A stretch of DNA of 64,000 nt from Candidatus Heimdallarchaeota archaeon (GCA_018238155.1 JABCTZ010000036.1:256001-320000); one strand, 5' to 3'. Positions 19,827 through 30,732 are shown, numbered from the stretch's first letter. The notes: a model not told the origin generated them from the letters alone. Made by a program: numbers and translations.

Positions 19827-21446
19827 TTGAGGTCGAAAAATCTTGTATTAGTAACCTTTGTTCTTCTAATGCTCACACCAATCTTTGCAGTTAGTAGTAG
19901 TAGTGTACCAGATAAAACATACTCTACTCCCACAGATTGGAATTCGAGTGTAGGAGTTACTCCAGGGTTAACAATCAAATATACAATTAATGAGTTAGTT
20001 GCTCCATCAATGGATAATTTAACTATTCCAAATCTTGCCGGCAATTATCTCTATGTTAAAGTTATGTCCGTAGAAGATGATTATACATTCTCATCTGAAG
20101 AAGGTGTTCTCATTCGATATGGATTGGGTATTATTTTTAAAAAGGATGCGACATTCACTATTCGTGAAGGTTTTGCAGCAGCAGATTTTACTATACCAGC
20201 TGGTTCTGCAACTCCAGCAATGGTAATAGCTGGTGTTCCCCATTTTAATAATACTTTTGCACCCACATCTCCATTCTTCTTAAATAACGATTGGATTGAA
20301 CATAAAGATGTGTTAGATTCTCATGGGTTCAATGTTGTTGCTACTTCTTCTGAATTTGCAGTTTCCTTAAATAATGGAACTGGATCCATCTCAGCAAAGT
20401 GGCGAAAATCAGATGGTCTCTTGACTTCTATGGTTGTTGATGATATCTATGTAATGGGTATGAATTACTCAGGATTAAATTTGGATATCAGTCTATTATC
20501 GACAGAAGACAAAGGATTAGAGGTCGCTGTTGGTGATGAATTCATTTTGAAAAATGAATTTGCTTCTATGGAGATCACAGGTAGTGGTGATTTGTTTGAA
20601 ACAAATGAAACCCAATTCTCTTCTATGGAAGAAGAATATGAGTCAATTAAAGATGAGATAATGTTAAAATACACTGTTACAGAAATCGAAGGGTTATACT
20701 ACAAATGTGATGCTTCTGTTTTTGATTATGAAAAGAAAACTTTGGTTCCTTCTGAATTACCTGTTGTTTTCAATGGTTTTTTGGGTGCTATTGATGTTCA
20801 AGACCCACCTATGATTTATGATGCATTACTTGATCCACATATAACAAAAGGACCTGTTGCTTCAGCAACATATATTCCTGCAATTGCTCCAGTAATTACT
20901 CCTGATTTTGATATATACGGTGGATATTTAGTACTTGCAGACACATTAGTAGGTGTCTATTTGAATGATTTATTGGGCTTTTTACCAGCAATCTCTGAAT
21001 TGGAAGATCTTACTATAGATACTATCGAAGGAGACTTCTTCATGTCTGAGAAAAGAGGTTATGTCTACTTCCAAGAATCACTTAATGCTGAACTTTCATA
21101 CGATTATGAGATTTCTACTAGTCCTTTCTCTGCACAATTTACACTCGCATTTGATATTGGAGTTACTATTCAAGAAGAAGGATGGTTGGCATACCACGAA
21201 TCAGGTTTGGTCGCTGGAATGCGAATGAAATCAGATATTACTATAGAAGTAACTACAGATACATCTGTTTCAGGATTACCAACGGGTCAATTGACAATCC
21301 GTATTGACTTTAAGGTTGAAAATCCTGACTTTAATCCCCCAGATCCATTAGGTAGAGGTGTTATCCCAGGTTATACTTGGTTTGTAGTAATCCCAGCATT
21401 ACTCAGTCTTGCTGCAGTTGGTTTAATCTCTCGTAGAAGAAATTAG
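19827..21446 (+). CDS. Secreted cell-surface protein with PGF-CTERM-like sorting signal
   Basis: Signal peptide, acidic Ser/Thr-rich beta-type body, C-terminal IPGY-hydrophobic helix-RRRN. Confidence 0.7.
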   Translation: MRSKNLVLVTFVLLMLTPIFAVSSSSVPDKTYSTPTDWNSSVGVTPGLTIKYTINELVAPSMDNLTIPNLAGNYLYVKVMSVEDDYTFSSEEGVLIRYGLGIIFKKDATFTIREGFAAADFTIPAGSATPAMVIAGVPHFNNTFAPTSPFFLNNDWIEHKDVLDSHGFNVVATSSEFAVSLNNGTGSISAKWRKSDGLLTSMVVDDIYVMGMNYSGLNLDISLLSTEDKGLEVAVGDEFILKNEFASMEITGSGDLFETNETQFSSMEEEYESIKDEIMLKYTVTEIEGLYYKCDASVFDYEKKTLVPSELPVVFNGFLGAIDVQDPPMIYDALLDPHITKGPVASATYIPAIAPVITPDFDIYGGYLVLADTLVGVYLNDLLGFLPAISELEDLTIDTIEGDFFMSEKRGYVYFQESLNAELSYDYEISTSPFSAQFTLAFDIGVTIQEEGWLAYHESGLVAGMRMKSDITIEVTTDTSVSGLPTGQLTIRIDFKVENPDFNPPDPLGRGVIPGYTWFVVIPALLSLAAVGLISRRRN

Positions 21447-21460
21447 CTTTTACATAATGA

Positions 21461-21498
21461 AAGTGCGTAAGTTTCGCACTTCTCCTCTTTCTTTTTTC
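21461..21498 (+). terminator. Putative hairpin plus pyrimidine-tract terminator
   Basis: AAGTGCG (21461-67) / CGCACTT (21475-81) stem followed by a C/T tract. Confidence 0.55.
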
Positions 21499-21639
21499 AT
21501 CATCAAAATTTGTTTTTGAATTTAGCTCTTTTTAAATCAAATTTATCAAGTGTTCCAATGAAAAGGAGTTTATACTATCATAAGTTGAGTCTTTGCTTCC
21601 GCTTTAGGGATTTTGTGAGTAGACCTATTGAAATAGTCT

Positions 21640-23091
21640 GTGAACAAAATGGCTTCGGAATTAGATGATACTACTGATGAGCTGAACAAGTTCAAACAAT
21701 TTTATAAAGTTATTTTAGTTTGTCTAAGAAAATTATTGTTGATACCTGAAGTAAGGATCATTTTTCTGTTAGTAATTGTTCGTTTAGTGTTCATCGTATT
21801 TACTCACTGGGGCATGGATTTTGATTTTTATATTGAAGTTTCTCAAAGAATTTTAGCCGGGGAACATCTATATACTGATTTTGATTCCACTCATATGCCC
21901 TTAGTTGATTTAATTTATCTTGCAATGTACACCATTTGCCCTTGGAAAGGAAGTATTATTGCATTACGTATTTTTATGAAATTTCCTTTTCTCATATCTG
22001 ATATTGGAATTGCCTTGGCAGTAATGAAAATTATAGAATTTGATCGTAAAAAAGAATTTGTTGCTGACACTGAATTGACTGTAGAACAATTTGTTAGTAT
22101 TAGAAAAGCAAAATTGATTGCCGGCTATTTTATAGTATTTAGTTTACCTCTTATCTTTCAAACTAGTGGGGGAAGATACGATAGCTTGATGATATTCTGT
22201 TTTACTATGGTGGTTTATTATCTTCAAAGAAATAATTGGTTTGGAGTTGCTTTTTTTGCTGCTTTAGGTACTTCAACAAAATATATTGGCATTATCTTCC
22301 TTCCCTTTGTCATTTTCTGGATGCGTAAAGAAGATTTCAAACCATTTGTTTTTGGTTTACTTCTTGGTTTTTTGCCCATTTACCCTTTTCTCATTATTTG
22401 CCCTGAAGGTTTCATTAGTACTATCTTAAATCGTAGTAGTCATATTGTTTATGGTTTTTCACTGTGGCATGCGATTTATATTATTTGGAATAATTTTTCT
22501 TTAAAATATGTTACAGGTATTGAAGCAACTTATGATAGTAGTGGAGAACCTTGGTTTGTTTGTGATTACTATATGCCAGTTTTTATTGCTTTTTATTCAC
22601 AAATTTTTATTTTTTATTTGTTATTTTGGTGGAAGATTATGCGTTCAGAATCCATTGATCAGCAATCACTCTCAACTTTGATTAGTATAGTTTTTATTCC
22701 ACTGTTTATTTTTAGCTTAACCTTCAAAGCAATCAATATCCAAGTATTGGCTTGGTTTATACCGTATATTGCATTGAGAAGTAAATTTGATTTGGCTTTA
22801 GAATACACTTTTCTTACTATAGTAAATGGCTTTGGTTTGATAGTCTTTCAAGCATATCATCCTGTTCCTTTTGCAAAATTGTCCAATGCTGCTGCAGGAG
22901 CAGGCTCCGTGTTTGATTTAATTGTGATACAACCAGTAATCTATCTTAAAAATCAAACTTCAGAATCAGTTTGGGTCAGTGTTGTTTTTATATCAATATT
23001 CTGGTTTCTAATTCGAACTTCAATTGAATTGTTTCTCTGTTTCAAAGAGCTACTATCAAATGCACAACAAATAAGAATCTCTGCTAGTTGA
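21640..23091 (+). CDS. GT-C superfamily glycosyltransferase (GT87/PIG-M-like)
   Basis: Polytopic; DFDFY..S..IL.G.HLY, HMPL, KFPFLISD, GRYD, TKYIGIIFLP, NIQVLAWFIP. Confidence 0.7.
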   Translation: MNKMASELDDTTDELNKFKQFYKVILVCLRKLLLIPEVRIIFLLVIVRLVFIVFTHWGMDFDFYIEVSQRILAGEHLYTDFDSTHMPLVDLIYLAMYTICPWKGSIIALRIFMKFPFLISDIGIALAVMKIIEFDRKKEFVADTELTVEQFVSIRKAKLIAGYFIVFSLPLIFQTSGGRYDSLMIFCFTMVVYYLQRNNWFGVAFFAALGTSTKYIGIIFLPFVIFWMRKEDFKPFVFGLLLGFLPIYPFLIICPEGFISTILNRSSHIVYGFSLWHAIYIIWNNFSLKYVTGIEATYDSSGEPWFVCDYYMPVFIAFYSQIFIFYLLFWWKIMRSESIDQQSLSTLISIVFIPLFIFSLTFKAINIQVLAWFIPYIALRSKFDLALEYTFLTIVNGFGLIVFQAYHPVPFAKLSNAAAGAGSVFDLIVIQPVIYLKNQTSESVWVSVVFISIFWFLIRTSIELFLCFKELLSNAQQIRISAS

Positions 23092-23180
23092 TATATTAGT
23101 TATTTTTTCGTTTATTTCTATACTATAATTCAAATGATTTCTAAATACTTATTATAGCTTGTCTATTCAAGAAGAGTATC

Positions 23181-24137
23181 ATGGCTCAATGTAATTATCT
23201 TGGTTGTGAACGAAGTGAAGCACTACCATTTAAATGCAAATATTGTGGCAAATCTTTCTGTACGAAACATCGTCTTCCGGAAAATCATGCCTGTGAAAAA
23301 TTACATCTGAGTAAATCACCTATTTCTATTGAATCTAGCACTAAAATAGCAACTAAAGAACAGCTTGATTTTCAAGTTCCAAAAACTCGACAAGATAAAC
23401 GATTTACAACATATGATTTTGATGATGATTCACAATATTTTAGTAAAGGTTCGGATGGCAATATTTATTCTGTAAAATCTACAGAGAAACAAACACAAAG
23501 AAGAGCATTTTTTTCACAAGTGGGTGATTCTTTTACTACTGGAAAAGAATTTCTAGATATTTTAATAGCCTCTCTAATTGTTATGCTTTCCTTTGGTTTC
23601 ACAGCCATTGTTATGTCTCATGTTGGTTGGGTTTTTTCTGGTTTCATTCTTGCAATTATTCTAGTGTCATACCTCTCCACAATCATCCCCCGTAAATTAC
23701 TTGCAAAGAGATTTGGTTGCACTTCACGATTCATGTTAACCAAACTTGGTTTGCTGATTTCTGCTTTAACTATTATCTCTCCCATAAAGTATCTAAGCCC
23801 TGGAATGCTGGTGATTCCCGAGTTAGATTATATTGCAAAGAAAAGAAGTGGTATAATTAGTGCAGTTGGTTCAATGATTAATATTGCTCTTGGAACAGTC
23901 TTCATTATTCTTGGAATATTATTACCTGATTTCTCAATTGCAATTCTCATGCTAACTGGTGCATTCATCACTTCACAAATAACTCTCTTGAGATTAATTC
24001 CCATGCGTTTCTTACCTGGTAAGAGAATTTTAAATTGGAGTTGGCCTCTATTTACAATTATGCTAGTATTAACATTAGCAATCTTTATCTTATCAATTCT
24101 ATTTGGTGTAATGGGTCAACCTATTATAACAATCTAA
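23181..24137 (+). CDS. AN1-type zinc finger fused to a degenerate M50 (site-2 protease)-like membrane domain
   Basis: C-x4-C...LPFKCKYC-x4-C-x2-H-x5-H-x-C AN1 finger. The membrane domain aligns with archaeal M50 proteins but lacks HExxH and LDG. Confidence 0.75.
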   Translation: MAQCNYLGCERSEALPFKCKYCGKSFCTKHRLPENHACEKLHLSKSPISIESSTKIATKEQLDFQVPKTRQDKRFTTYDFDDDSQYFSKGSDGNIYSVKSTEKQTQRRAFFSQVGDSFTTGKEFLDILIASLIVMLSFGFTAIVMSHVGWVFSGFILAIILVSYLSTIIPRKLLAKRFGCTSRFMLTKLGLLISALTIISPIKYLSPGMLVIPELDYIAKKRSGIISAVGSMINIALGTVFIILGILLPDFSIAILMLTGAFITSQITLLRLIPMRFLPGKRILNWSWPLFTIMLVLTLAIFILSILFGVMGQPIITI

Positions 24138-26935
24138 TTTCTAATTGCAATAGCAATATTCTCTTTTGAAAATTTATTTATAGTTGGTAGAATTGTTAGT
24201 GCAGAAATTAACAATAACGCCAAAATAAATATTGGAATTCCAATGTAATCGAAGGAGAATGTATAGGGTAAAATATTATTGCTTGTGAAAATCGGGCGAT
24301 TTATAACCATTGCTAGAAATGCAAATGGTATTCCAATAATCAATCCGGCAATGATTGAAACAAAATTTACTATTAACAACTCATTCAAAATCAAAGTTAA
24401 TAGATTTCTATTTGAGTTTCCAATTGTATTCAAAATAGCATTGTATTGCTTTCTTTGTGTCATTAAGAATTCAAGATTTGTTAATAAAATTATCATTCCA
24501 ATAATATTTAACATAACAATTTGAAATAAAATAAATGAATTTGTTTTTGGTATATAGAGGTTGATGTATTGACCTACATACTGTTCATTAATTATCTCAG
24601 AGTTTATAGATAAAATATCAGTAAAGGTTTTTAGCTCTTCAATAGTCTCATCAAAGTTTGAGCTCTTTGTTTGTTTAGCCAGGAAGAGACTTGTGGCAGA
24701 AACAGCATAATCAATTTGTACCTTTCTCTGATTTACCAATATATATTCTTGACTTGTTTGACCAATTTCAATATTATCTCCATACGCCAAACCAAATCCC
24801 GGTGCAGAATGGATGATTCCTGAAACACTAAAAATTTCTATATAGCTTCTATTGGGCATTTCTCTAACAGGTATAATTGACCCTACAGTTAGATTCAGTT
24901 TTTTTGCGAGAACATCACTAACAATTGCTCCATCTTGAGTATTATTTAACTTTAGCAATGCAGTCTCAACATCACCATTTTGATTTGAAGCCATCTCCCA
25001 CCGACCGATATCCAGATATTTTATTGGATCAATTCCATGAACAGTAACGCTATTATAAATTAATTTACCTTCTACACTAAGTACAGGCATTACATCTTCT
25101 ATTCCTGTTATGTTGTTTAAGCTCTCACAAAAATCTATGTCAATATAGGATGTATGAATGCGAAAATCTGCTCCATTATTATAATTCTGTTCATCATAAT
25201 AATTTCCAGAATTAGTTGCATACATACTCAAATAGAAAACATTCACACTTGCTAAAATAATTAGAACCAAAAGCAACGAAGAAATCTTTGACTTGGAATG
25301 TTTAAACGTATTTGCAATAAAGAAAGAATTCTTTTTGAACAGTTTATCATATAAAGATTTTATTTTTCCCAACATTGACTTTATTCCGATTGATGCAATA
25401 AACGAAATTAACATTACTAGTAAAATTATGAGTAAAAAGCTTACCATATTTTGTTGTGTTTGTTCTTTAGTAAAATTATAGATTTCATTAATTTCAAGAA
25501 AGGATAAAATTCCAAATGCTAAGAGTAGAGCTACAATTGAAATGAATGCTGTTGAGATAGCAATTATTGAAGTGGTTTTTTGAATTCTTTCTCGATTTCT
25601 CTTTTGGTGTTCTTCTAAACCACTGTCAAAAATTGTGTTGAATTTAATTATTGCAAAAATACCTATGATTAAGAGAGTACTTAAACACATATAGAATAGC
25701 ATTGAAAATGGAAATATCACACTACTAATGAATTCAGTAAATGCTGCCCAAGTAAATGAACCAGAAGTAAATGCTGGTATTAAGGCTGCAATGCCAAAAG
25801 AGCTAGTTATTGAAATAATAAAACCAATTATTGTAAGTATCAGGAATTCTAATAATAAGACAGTAAAGACTTGCCATTTTTCTCCTCCCCTTTCCTTATA
25901 TGTGTCAATTTGATTCTTTCTATTTTCAATTACTATATTTGTTGTGAACAATGAAAGTATTATGCTTATTACAACAACTGGAATTGCAAATATCAAGGCA
26001 GATTTAGAGACGCTATAGGCTTTGTCTAATTCTTTGATAGGTGCTTCTAGAATCATAGATTGAGATGATTGATAGGCAATTTTTAATCTGCTAGTTAAAT
26101 CGCGAATTTTTGGCATAATTTGATCTATGCCATCTTTTTTGAGTAATTTAATATCGCACTTCACTAACAACTCTGGTTGTAAACCGTTTTGTTTCATAAT
26201 CGTTGTATGGTTTATCATATTTTCTGACAGAAAAATAATCGAATCTTTAAGAAAAGTTATTGGCAAGACTTTTTGGATCATGGATACTGTTGGAATAGTT
26301 CGATATATTCCTCTAATTGTTACATTATAGAAATGCTCAAGATCACAATTGAATAGATACACTTCCCCCATCTCTGGACCATTTTTTGCTATGCTGACGT
26401 TCATTTTCATTCCAGGTTCAATTTCATACCCATAAATCCGTTCAATTTCCTGTGCTTCAAATTCACTAATCAATACTTCATTTTCTTGTAATTCAAAATC
26501 ACCTTTCACTAGAAATTGTGATTGGATTCTTTGTATTGCTTCTTTTGGTAGGAGTATTAATGATGTTAAGGATACTGGATCGTTCATATCGTCCTGATCA
26601 TCTTCTGGAGCAAAACGATATGTAACTGGTTTGTCTTCAGCATTGAAAAAGGCAATATTATAGTAAATTTCTGCTATTTCTTGAACAATTGGATCATTTT
26701 CTAAGAATTCTTTGATTCCGGGTAAATCTTTGTATAAATAGGTTGAAACTTTTAATTCATAATCTTGATCCACTAAAAAATCTTGAGCAGCTAAGTCTTC
26801 AGCCGTTGAAGACCACAATTGTAGTGATAGCAACAAAGTTATTGATATTATAATCCCTAATGTATAGATTGTAGATTGCTTCTTACTGTTGGAAATATTT
26901 TTCAAAGCTGATGTGAAATAGAATTTAAAGCCCAT
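24134..26935 (-). CDS. FtsX/MacB-like ABC exporter permease (duplicated FtsX domain)
   Basis: Two repeats of TM, large extracellular domain and 3 TM helices; motifs ENRKNQID.YKERGG and QRKQYNAILNTIG. Confidence 0.85.
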   Translation of the reverse strand: MGFKFYFTSALKNISNSKKQSTIYTLGIIISITLLLSLQLWSSTAEDLAAQDFLVDQDYELKVSTYLYKDLPGIKEFLENDPIVQEIAEIYYNIAFFNAEDKPVTYRFAPEDDQDDMNDPVSLTSLILLPKEAIQRIQSQFLVKGDFELQENEVLISEFEAQEIERIYGYEIEPGMKMNVSIAKNGPEMGEVYLFNCDLEHFYNVTIRGIYRTIPTVSMIQKVLPITFLKDSIIFLSENMINHTTIMKQNGLQPELLVKCDIKLLKKDGIDQIMPKIRDLTSRLKIAYQSSQSMILEAPIKELDKAYSVSKSALIFAIPVVVISIILSLFTTNIVIENRKNQIDTYKERGGEKWQVFTVLLLEFLILTIIGFIISITSSFGIAALIPAFTSGSFTWAAFTEFISSVIFPFSMLFYMCLSTLLIIGIFAIIKFNTIFDSGLEEHQKRNRERIQKTTSIIAISTAFISIVALLLAFGILSFLEINEIYNFTKEQTQQNMVSFLLIILLVMLISFIASIGIKSMLGKIKSLYDKLFKKNSFFIANTFKHSKSKISSLLLVLIILASVNVFYLSMYATNSGNYYDEQNYNNGADFRIHTSYIDIDFCESLNNITGIEDVMPVLSVEGKLIYNSVTVHGIDPIKYLDIGRWEMASNQNGDVETALLKLNNTQDGAIVSDVLAKKLNLTVGSIIPVREMPNRSYIEIFSVSGIIHSAPGFGLAYGDNIEIGQTSQEYILVNQRKVQIDYAVSATSLFLAKQTKSSNFDETIEELKTFTDILSINSEIINEQYVGQYINLYIPKTNSFILFQIVMLNIIGMIILLTNLEFLMTQRKQYNAILNTIGNSNRNLLTLILNELLIVNFVSIIAGLIIGIPFAFLAMVINRPIFTSNNILPYTFSFDYIGIPIFILALLLISALTILPTINKFSKENIAIAIRN

Positions 26936-27194
26936 TTTTTAATCACTCTTTAGGGAAATAAGAGACTTCGGATTATCTTAACATCTAATTGATAAATAAC
27001 CAAAGTATTAATAATACTTAGTTAAACCTTGATAATTCCTTCAAATCAGAGTATTTTGATTTATAACATTGCAATGTCAATCTACTTTAGATTCTAAAGA
27101 AAATAGTAAATTAAGACTATTTGCTATGCTAGATACGAATAACAAGATATCTCTCTTAAAGAGAAAATATCACACGGATGAGGTTGTTATAATA

Positions 27195-29453
27195 ATGATA
27201 AAAAAACTTGCACTCAAAATTATTGGTATAGATTGTTCGGGTTGCGGAAAAAATTTTGAAAAGAAATTATTAGCTGAACAAGGAATAGTTGATGCAAGGA
27301 TAAACATTGCTTATAAGAAGCTGTTTGTTGATTATGATTCTACAATTATCACTGAAACTGAAATTCATGCTATAATAAAAAATTCTGGTTTTTCAATTGT
27401 AAAAGAGGAAACCTCAAAAAGGAAGCAAGACAATTCTGATTCTCCAAATAAGCGTTTTTTCAAATCGAGTATTTTCCTGAAAAAGGAAATTTACACAACA
27501 ACACTATCTGGAATTTTACTTTTGGTTGGAATTCTTCTAGAATTTGTTTTTAAATTTGAACTAGCTTCTCTCATTGTTTTTATTTTTGGTACATTGATTG
27601 GTGGTGTTTTCATCTTTAAAAAAGCCTTTTTTGCTGCAAAAACGCTAAATTTGGATATTAATGTTCTCATGACCATAGCAGCAATTGCTGCATTGATAAT
27701 TGGTGAAGAGGTTGAAGCAACAAGTATTGTGTTTCTGTTTTCCATTGCAGAATTAGCTGAGTCATTTAGTGTTGAAAGAGCAAAGAACTCAATTGAAAAA
27801 TTGATAGATTATGCGCCTTCTGAAGCAATTGTTCTTTTTGATAATAAAGAACGCATTATGTTGGCGGAGGAGGTCGAAGTAGATTCCCATATACTCGTTA
27901 AACCCGGTCAACGCATTCCTCTTGATGGGGAAATTTTCTCAGGTGAATCATATGTAAATCAAGCACCAATTACGGGAGAATCTTTACCGGTTTCAAAAAC
28001 AGTTGGTGATGAAGTATTTGCAGGAACCTTAAATGAGGATGGTGCTCTAATAATTAGAGTAACCAAACCATATGAAGAAATTTTCTTGAAGAAAATCATT
28101 GCATTGGTCGAAAATGCTGATCAACGTGCTCCCATAGATCGTTTTGTGGACACTTTTGCTAAATATTACACACCGATTATGTTTTTAGTTGCTTCATTAA
28201 CAATGTCTATTCCTCCATTAATCACTGGTGATCCTTTCATAGAGTGGGTTTACATTGCATTGATTGTGTTAGTCATTTCCTGTCCATGTGCTGTCGTCCT
28301 TTCAACACCAATCACAATTGTTACTGCTTTAAGTCGTTCAGCTCGTAATGGTGTTCTTATCAAAGGTGGTTTTTATATCGAAAGCATTAGCAAAGCTAAG
28401 GTTTTTGCTTTCGATAAAACAGGAACTTTAACTGTTGGGCAACCTCAAGTAGAAGAAATAATCTCTAATGGAGATCTTTCAAAAGAGGAATTGCTAAAGA
28501 TAACAGGCTCTCTTGAAAGTAATTCATCTCATCCAATAGCTCGTGCAATTAAAGAAAAGATGCATGAGAAAGATATTGAACCGTATCAAATTGAAGATTT
28601 CAAATCAATAGCTGGTATTGGTATACAAGGAGAAATAGATACTCAGCTCTGGACAATTAGTAGTCCAAGATTAATAATAGAGAGAGAATTAAACATTTCA
28701 GATTCTCTTGCATCAGAGATTTCTGTAAATCAATCTGAAATGAAAACTGTTGTTATAATCAGTAATGACACTACAGTTCATGGAATTATAACTATTAGTG
28801 ATCAGATGAAACCCCACGCAAAGGGTTTTGTTTGTGAATTGAAGAATCTCGGGGCAAAAAAAATCATTATGCTAACTGGAGATAATGCAAAAACCGCTGC
28901 TCGAGTAGCAAATGAATTGGGTATAGACGATTATCGTGCTGAACTTCTTCCAGATGAAAAGATGGCTTATATTGAAAAATTGAATGATGAATATGGTCAT
29001 GTTGTTATGCTAGGTGATGGAATCAATGATGCTCCATCTTTAGCTCTCGCAGAAGTTGGAGTTGCTATGGGTGCATCAGGTTCTGATATCGCTTTAGATA
29101 CTGCAAACGTTGTTTTGATGACTGATAGATTGGATGCACTTCACTATTTGATTACATTGAGCAAAAAGTCAATGAGTATAATCAAACAAAATATTGTTAT
29201 AGCTATAATAATTAAGCTGGCTCTTTTTGTACTGTCATATATGGGATTAATTCAATTATGGATGGCCGTATTAATCGGTGATATGGGTCTCTCTCTATTT
29301 GTAATATTTAATGCTATATTGCGTGCTCGAGGAAAGATGATGAAACATTTAAATTGCGACCAAAATTTATGCCTCCAAAATGAATCACTACTAAATATCT
29401 CAAGAGAGATTGCTTGCAAAACTGGTTGTGCGTGTATTCAGTGTCAGAGTTGA
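27195..29453 (+). CDS. zntA: Heavy-metal P1B-2-type ATPase (Zn/Cd/Pb exporter, ZntA/CadA-like)
   Basis: N-terminal HMA GIDCSGC, TGES, CPC, DKTGT, HP, GDGINDAP; TM Lys (IIIK) and D-x-G (GDMG) typical of P1B-2. ATG 27195 follows GAGGT. Confidence 0.9.
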   Translation: MIKKLALKIIGIDCSGCGKNFEKKLLAEQGIVDARINIAYKKLFVDYDSTIITETEIHAIIKNSGFSIVKEETSKRKQDNSDSPNKRFFKSSIFLKKEIYTTTLSGILLLVGILLEFVFKFELASLIVFIFGTLIGGVFIFKKAFFAAKTLNLDINVLMTIAAIAALIIGEEVEATSIVFLFSIAELAESFSVERAKNSIEKLIDYAPSEAIVLFDNKERIMLAEEVEVDSHILVKPGQRIPLDGEIFSGESYVNQAPITGESLPVSKTVGDEVFAGTLNEDGALIIRVTKPYEEIFLKKIIALVENADQRAPIDRFVDTFAKYYTPIMFLVASLTMSIPPLITGDPFIEWVYIALIVLVISCPCAVVLSTPITIVTALSRSARNGVLIKGGFYIESISKAKVFAFDKTGTLTVGQPQVEEIISNGDLSKEELLKITGSLESNSSHPIARAIKEKMHEKDIEPYQIEDFKSIAGIGIQGEIDTQLWTISSPRLIIERELNISDSLASEISVNQSEMKTVVIISNDTTVHGIITISDQMKPHAKGFVCELKNLGAKKIIMLTGDNAKTAARVANELGIDDYRAELLPDEKMAYIEKLNDEYGHVVMLGDGINDAPSLALAEVGVAMGASGSDIALDTANVVLMTDRLDALHYLITLSKKSMSIIKQNIVIAIIIKLALFVLSYMGLIQLWMAVLIGDMGLSLFVIFNAILRARGKMMKHLNCDQNLCLQNESLLNISREIACKTGCACIQCQS

Positions 29454-29575
29454 TAATTGTCTGCAAAATGACCATTTTACTTTTTTTCTTATTAAAATAT
29501 GCAGAGATTATCAACCTATTTAAATAGAAAGGAACACCATTCTTTTTGAGATTTAAATAAACAAGGTGTAAATTA

Positions 29576-30184
29576 ATGGCTATGAATATTTATAGTTCCA
29601 CTTCAATCCAATATTTATTAACAAAATGGTTTGATAAAGTGACTGAAAAACAAATACAATATACTGAATTACTTACTAATCACATTGAAACTAGTAACAA
29701 GAAAGTTCTTGGCATTGCGCTTGAGCTTCAAAAAATGCAAAATAAAATAGTGACACCAGAAGCACTTGCTAAGAAAGCAGAATTAATAAACAATGTATCT
29801 CAGATTGAACCTGATATCATATTATTAATTGAATTCATTTATAGCTACAAAAATCTGATGGATGAAATTGAAGGATTCAATCTAGAGCTTACTTCAAGAA
29901 AGAATATTCTAAAACTGATAAAATCAGAAATAGAGTACCTTAACAATTTAACAATTTCATTAAGAAATCTTATAAAATCAATAAATGCTGTTTTCAAATA
30001 TGGTTCAAAACCAAAAAAGAAAAATGAGGTTGAATTTGAACAATTTTTAAAATATTATTCAAAATTATTACGAAACCTAGGAAAGGAGTTTAGTAATTTT
30101 AAACTAGATTTTCAAAATTTAATAAATAAATTAGAAATTGAAGTAGAGCTAGCTAAGATAATTGATGAAGAAATTATTGAGTAA
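29576..30184 (+). CDS. Hypothetical alpha-helical protein
   Basis: 202-aa ORF with AAGGTG SD and amphipathic helices; no recognisable motif. Confidence 0.6.
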   Translation: MAMNIYSSTSIQYLLTKWFDKVTEKQIQYTELLTNHIETSNKKVLGIALELQKMQNKIVTPEALAKKAELINNVSQIEPDIILLIEFIYSYKNLMDEIEGFNLELTSRKNILKLIKSEIEYLNNLTISLRNLIKSINAVFKYGSKPKKKNEVEFEQFLKYYSKLLRNLGKEFSNFKLDFQNLINKLEIEVELAKIIDEEIIE

Positions 30185-30378
30185 TATTCATTTTTTGTAT
30201 TGAACTTCTTCTTACTTTCAATTCTTTTTTTTCTATCCAGAGATATTCAAGTGTCAATGTCAAGTAATTGCTCTAAATATGTTTTATTCGACCAAGGATA
30301 AATAAAGGAATTTCAACAAAAGATTTAAAGATAATTAAAGTTTCTCGAATATTATCAATAGTGCTTAGGTGAACATCA

Positions 30379-30732
30379 ATGCGTGCCGAAGAAGTTATCA
30401 ATTCAACAAAACCAAAAATGTTTGGAAATTGGCGAGAATATCCTCTTGAAATAAAAATTATGGATCTCTCAACACTCGCATGGTTAGCAATTTTTATTCT
30501 TCAAATAATATTTCTAATAGCTAATGTTGAAGCAAATATTCGAACTTTTCCAATGATTATGATGCCAATCTTCATGTTTGTTGTTACATTTTCATTACGA
30601 TTAAAATTAATTGATAAACCAACATTGATTAAGAATATTTTTGCAATCTGGGTAGTTATTTTTCTGTTATTTACCTTGAGCGCAATATTAGTTTTAGCTC
30701 TCTATCCGGCATTGATGCCTTCAATTACTTAG
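30379..30732 (+). CDS. Hypothetical membrane protein (3 TM)
   Basis: AGGTGA SD, three hydrophobic helices, downstream hairpin. Confidence 0.65.
   Translation: MRAEEVINSTKPKMFGNWREYPLEIKIMDLSTLAWLAIFILQIIFLIANVEANIRTFPMIMMPIFMFVVTFSLRLKLIDKPTLIKNIFAIWVVIFLLFTLSAILVLALYPALMPSIT

Noticed and set aside
27069-27194. 42-aa N-terminal extension of the P1B ATPase, and similar upstream extensions at 558, 13954, 18852 and 36270
   Set aside because: Downstream ATGs, mostly with well-spaced SD motifs, fit the domain boundaries better.
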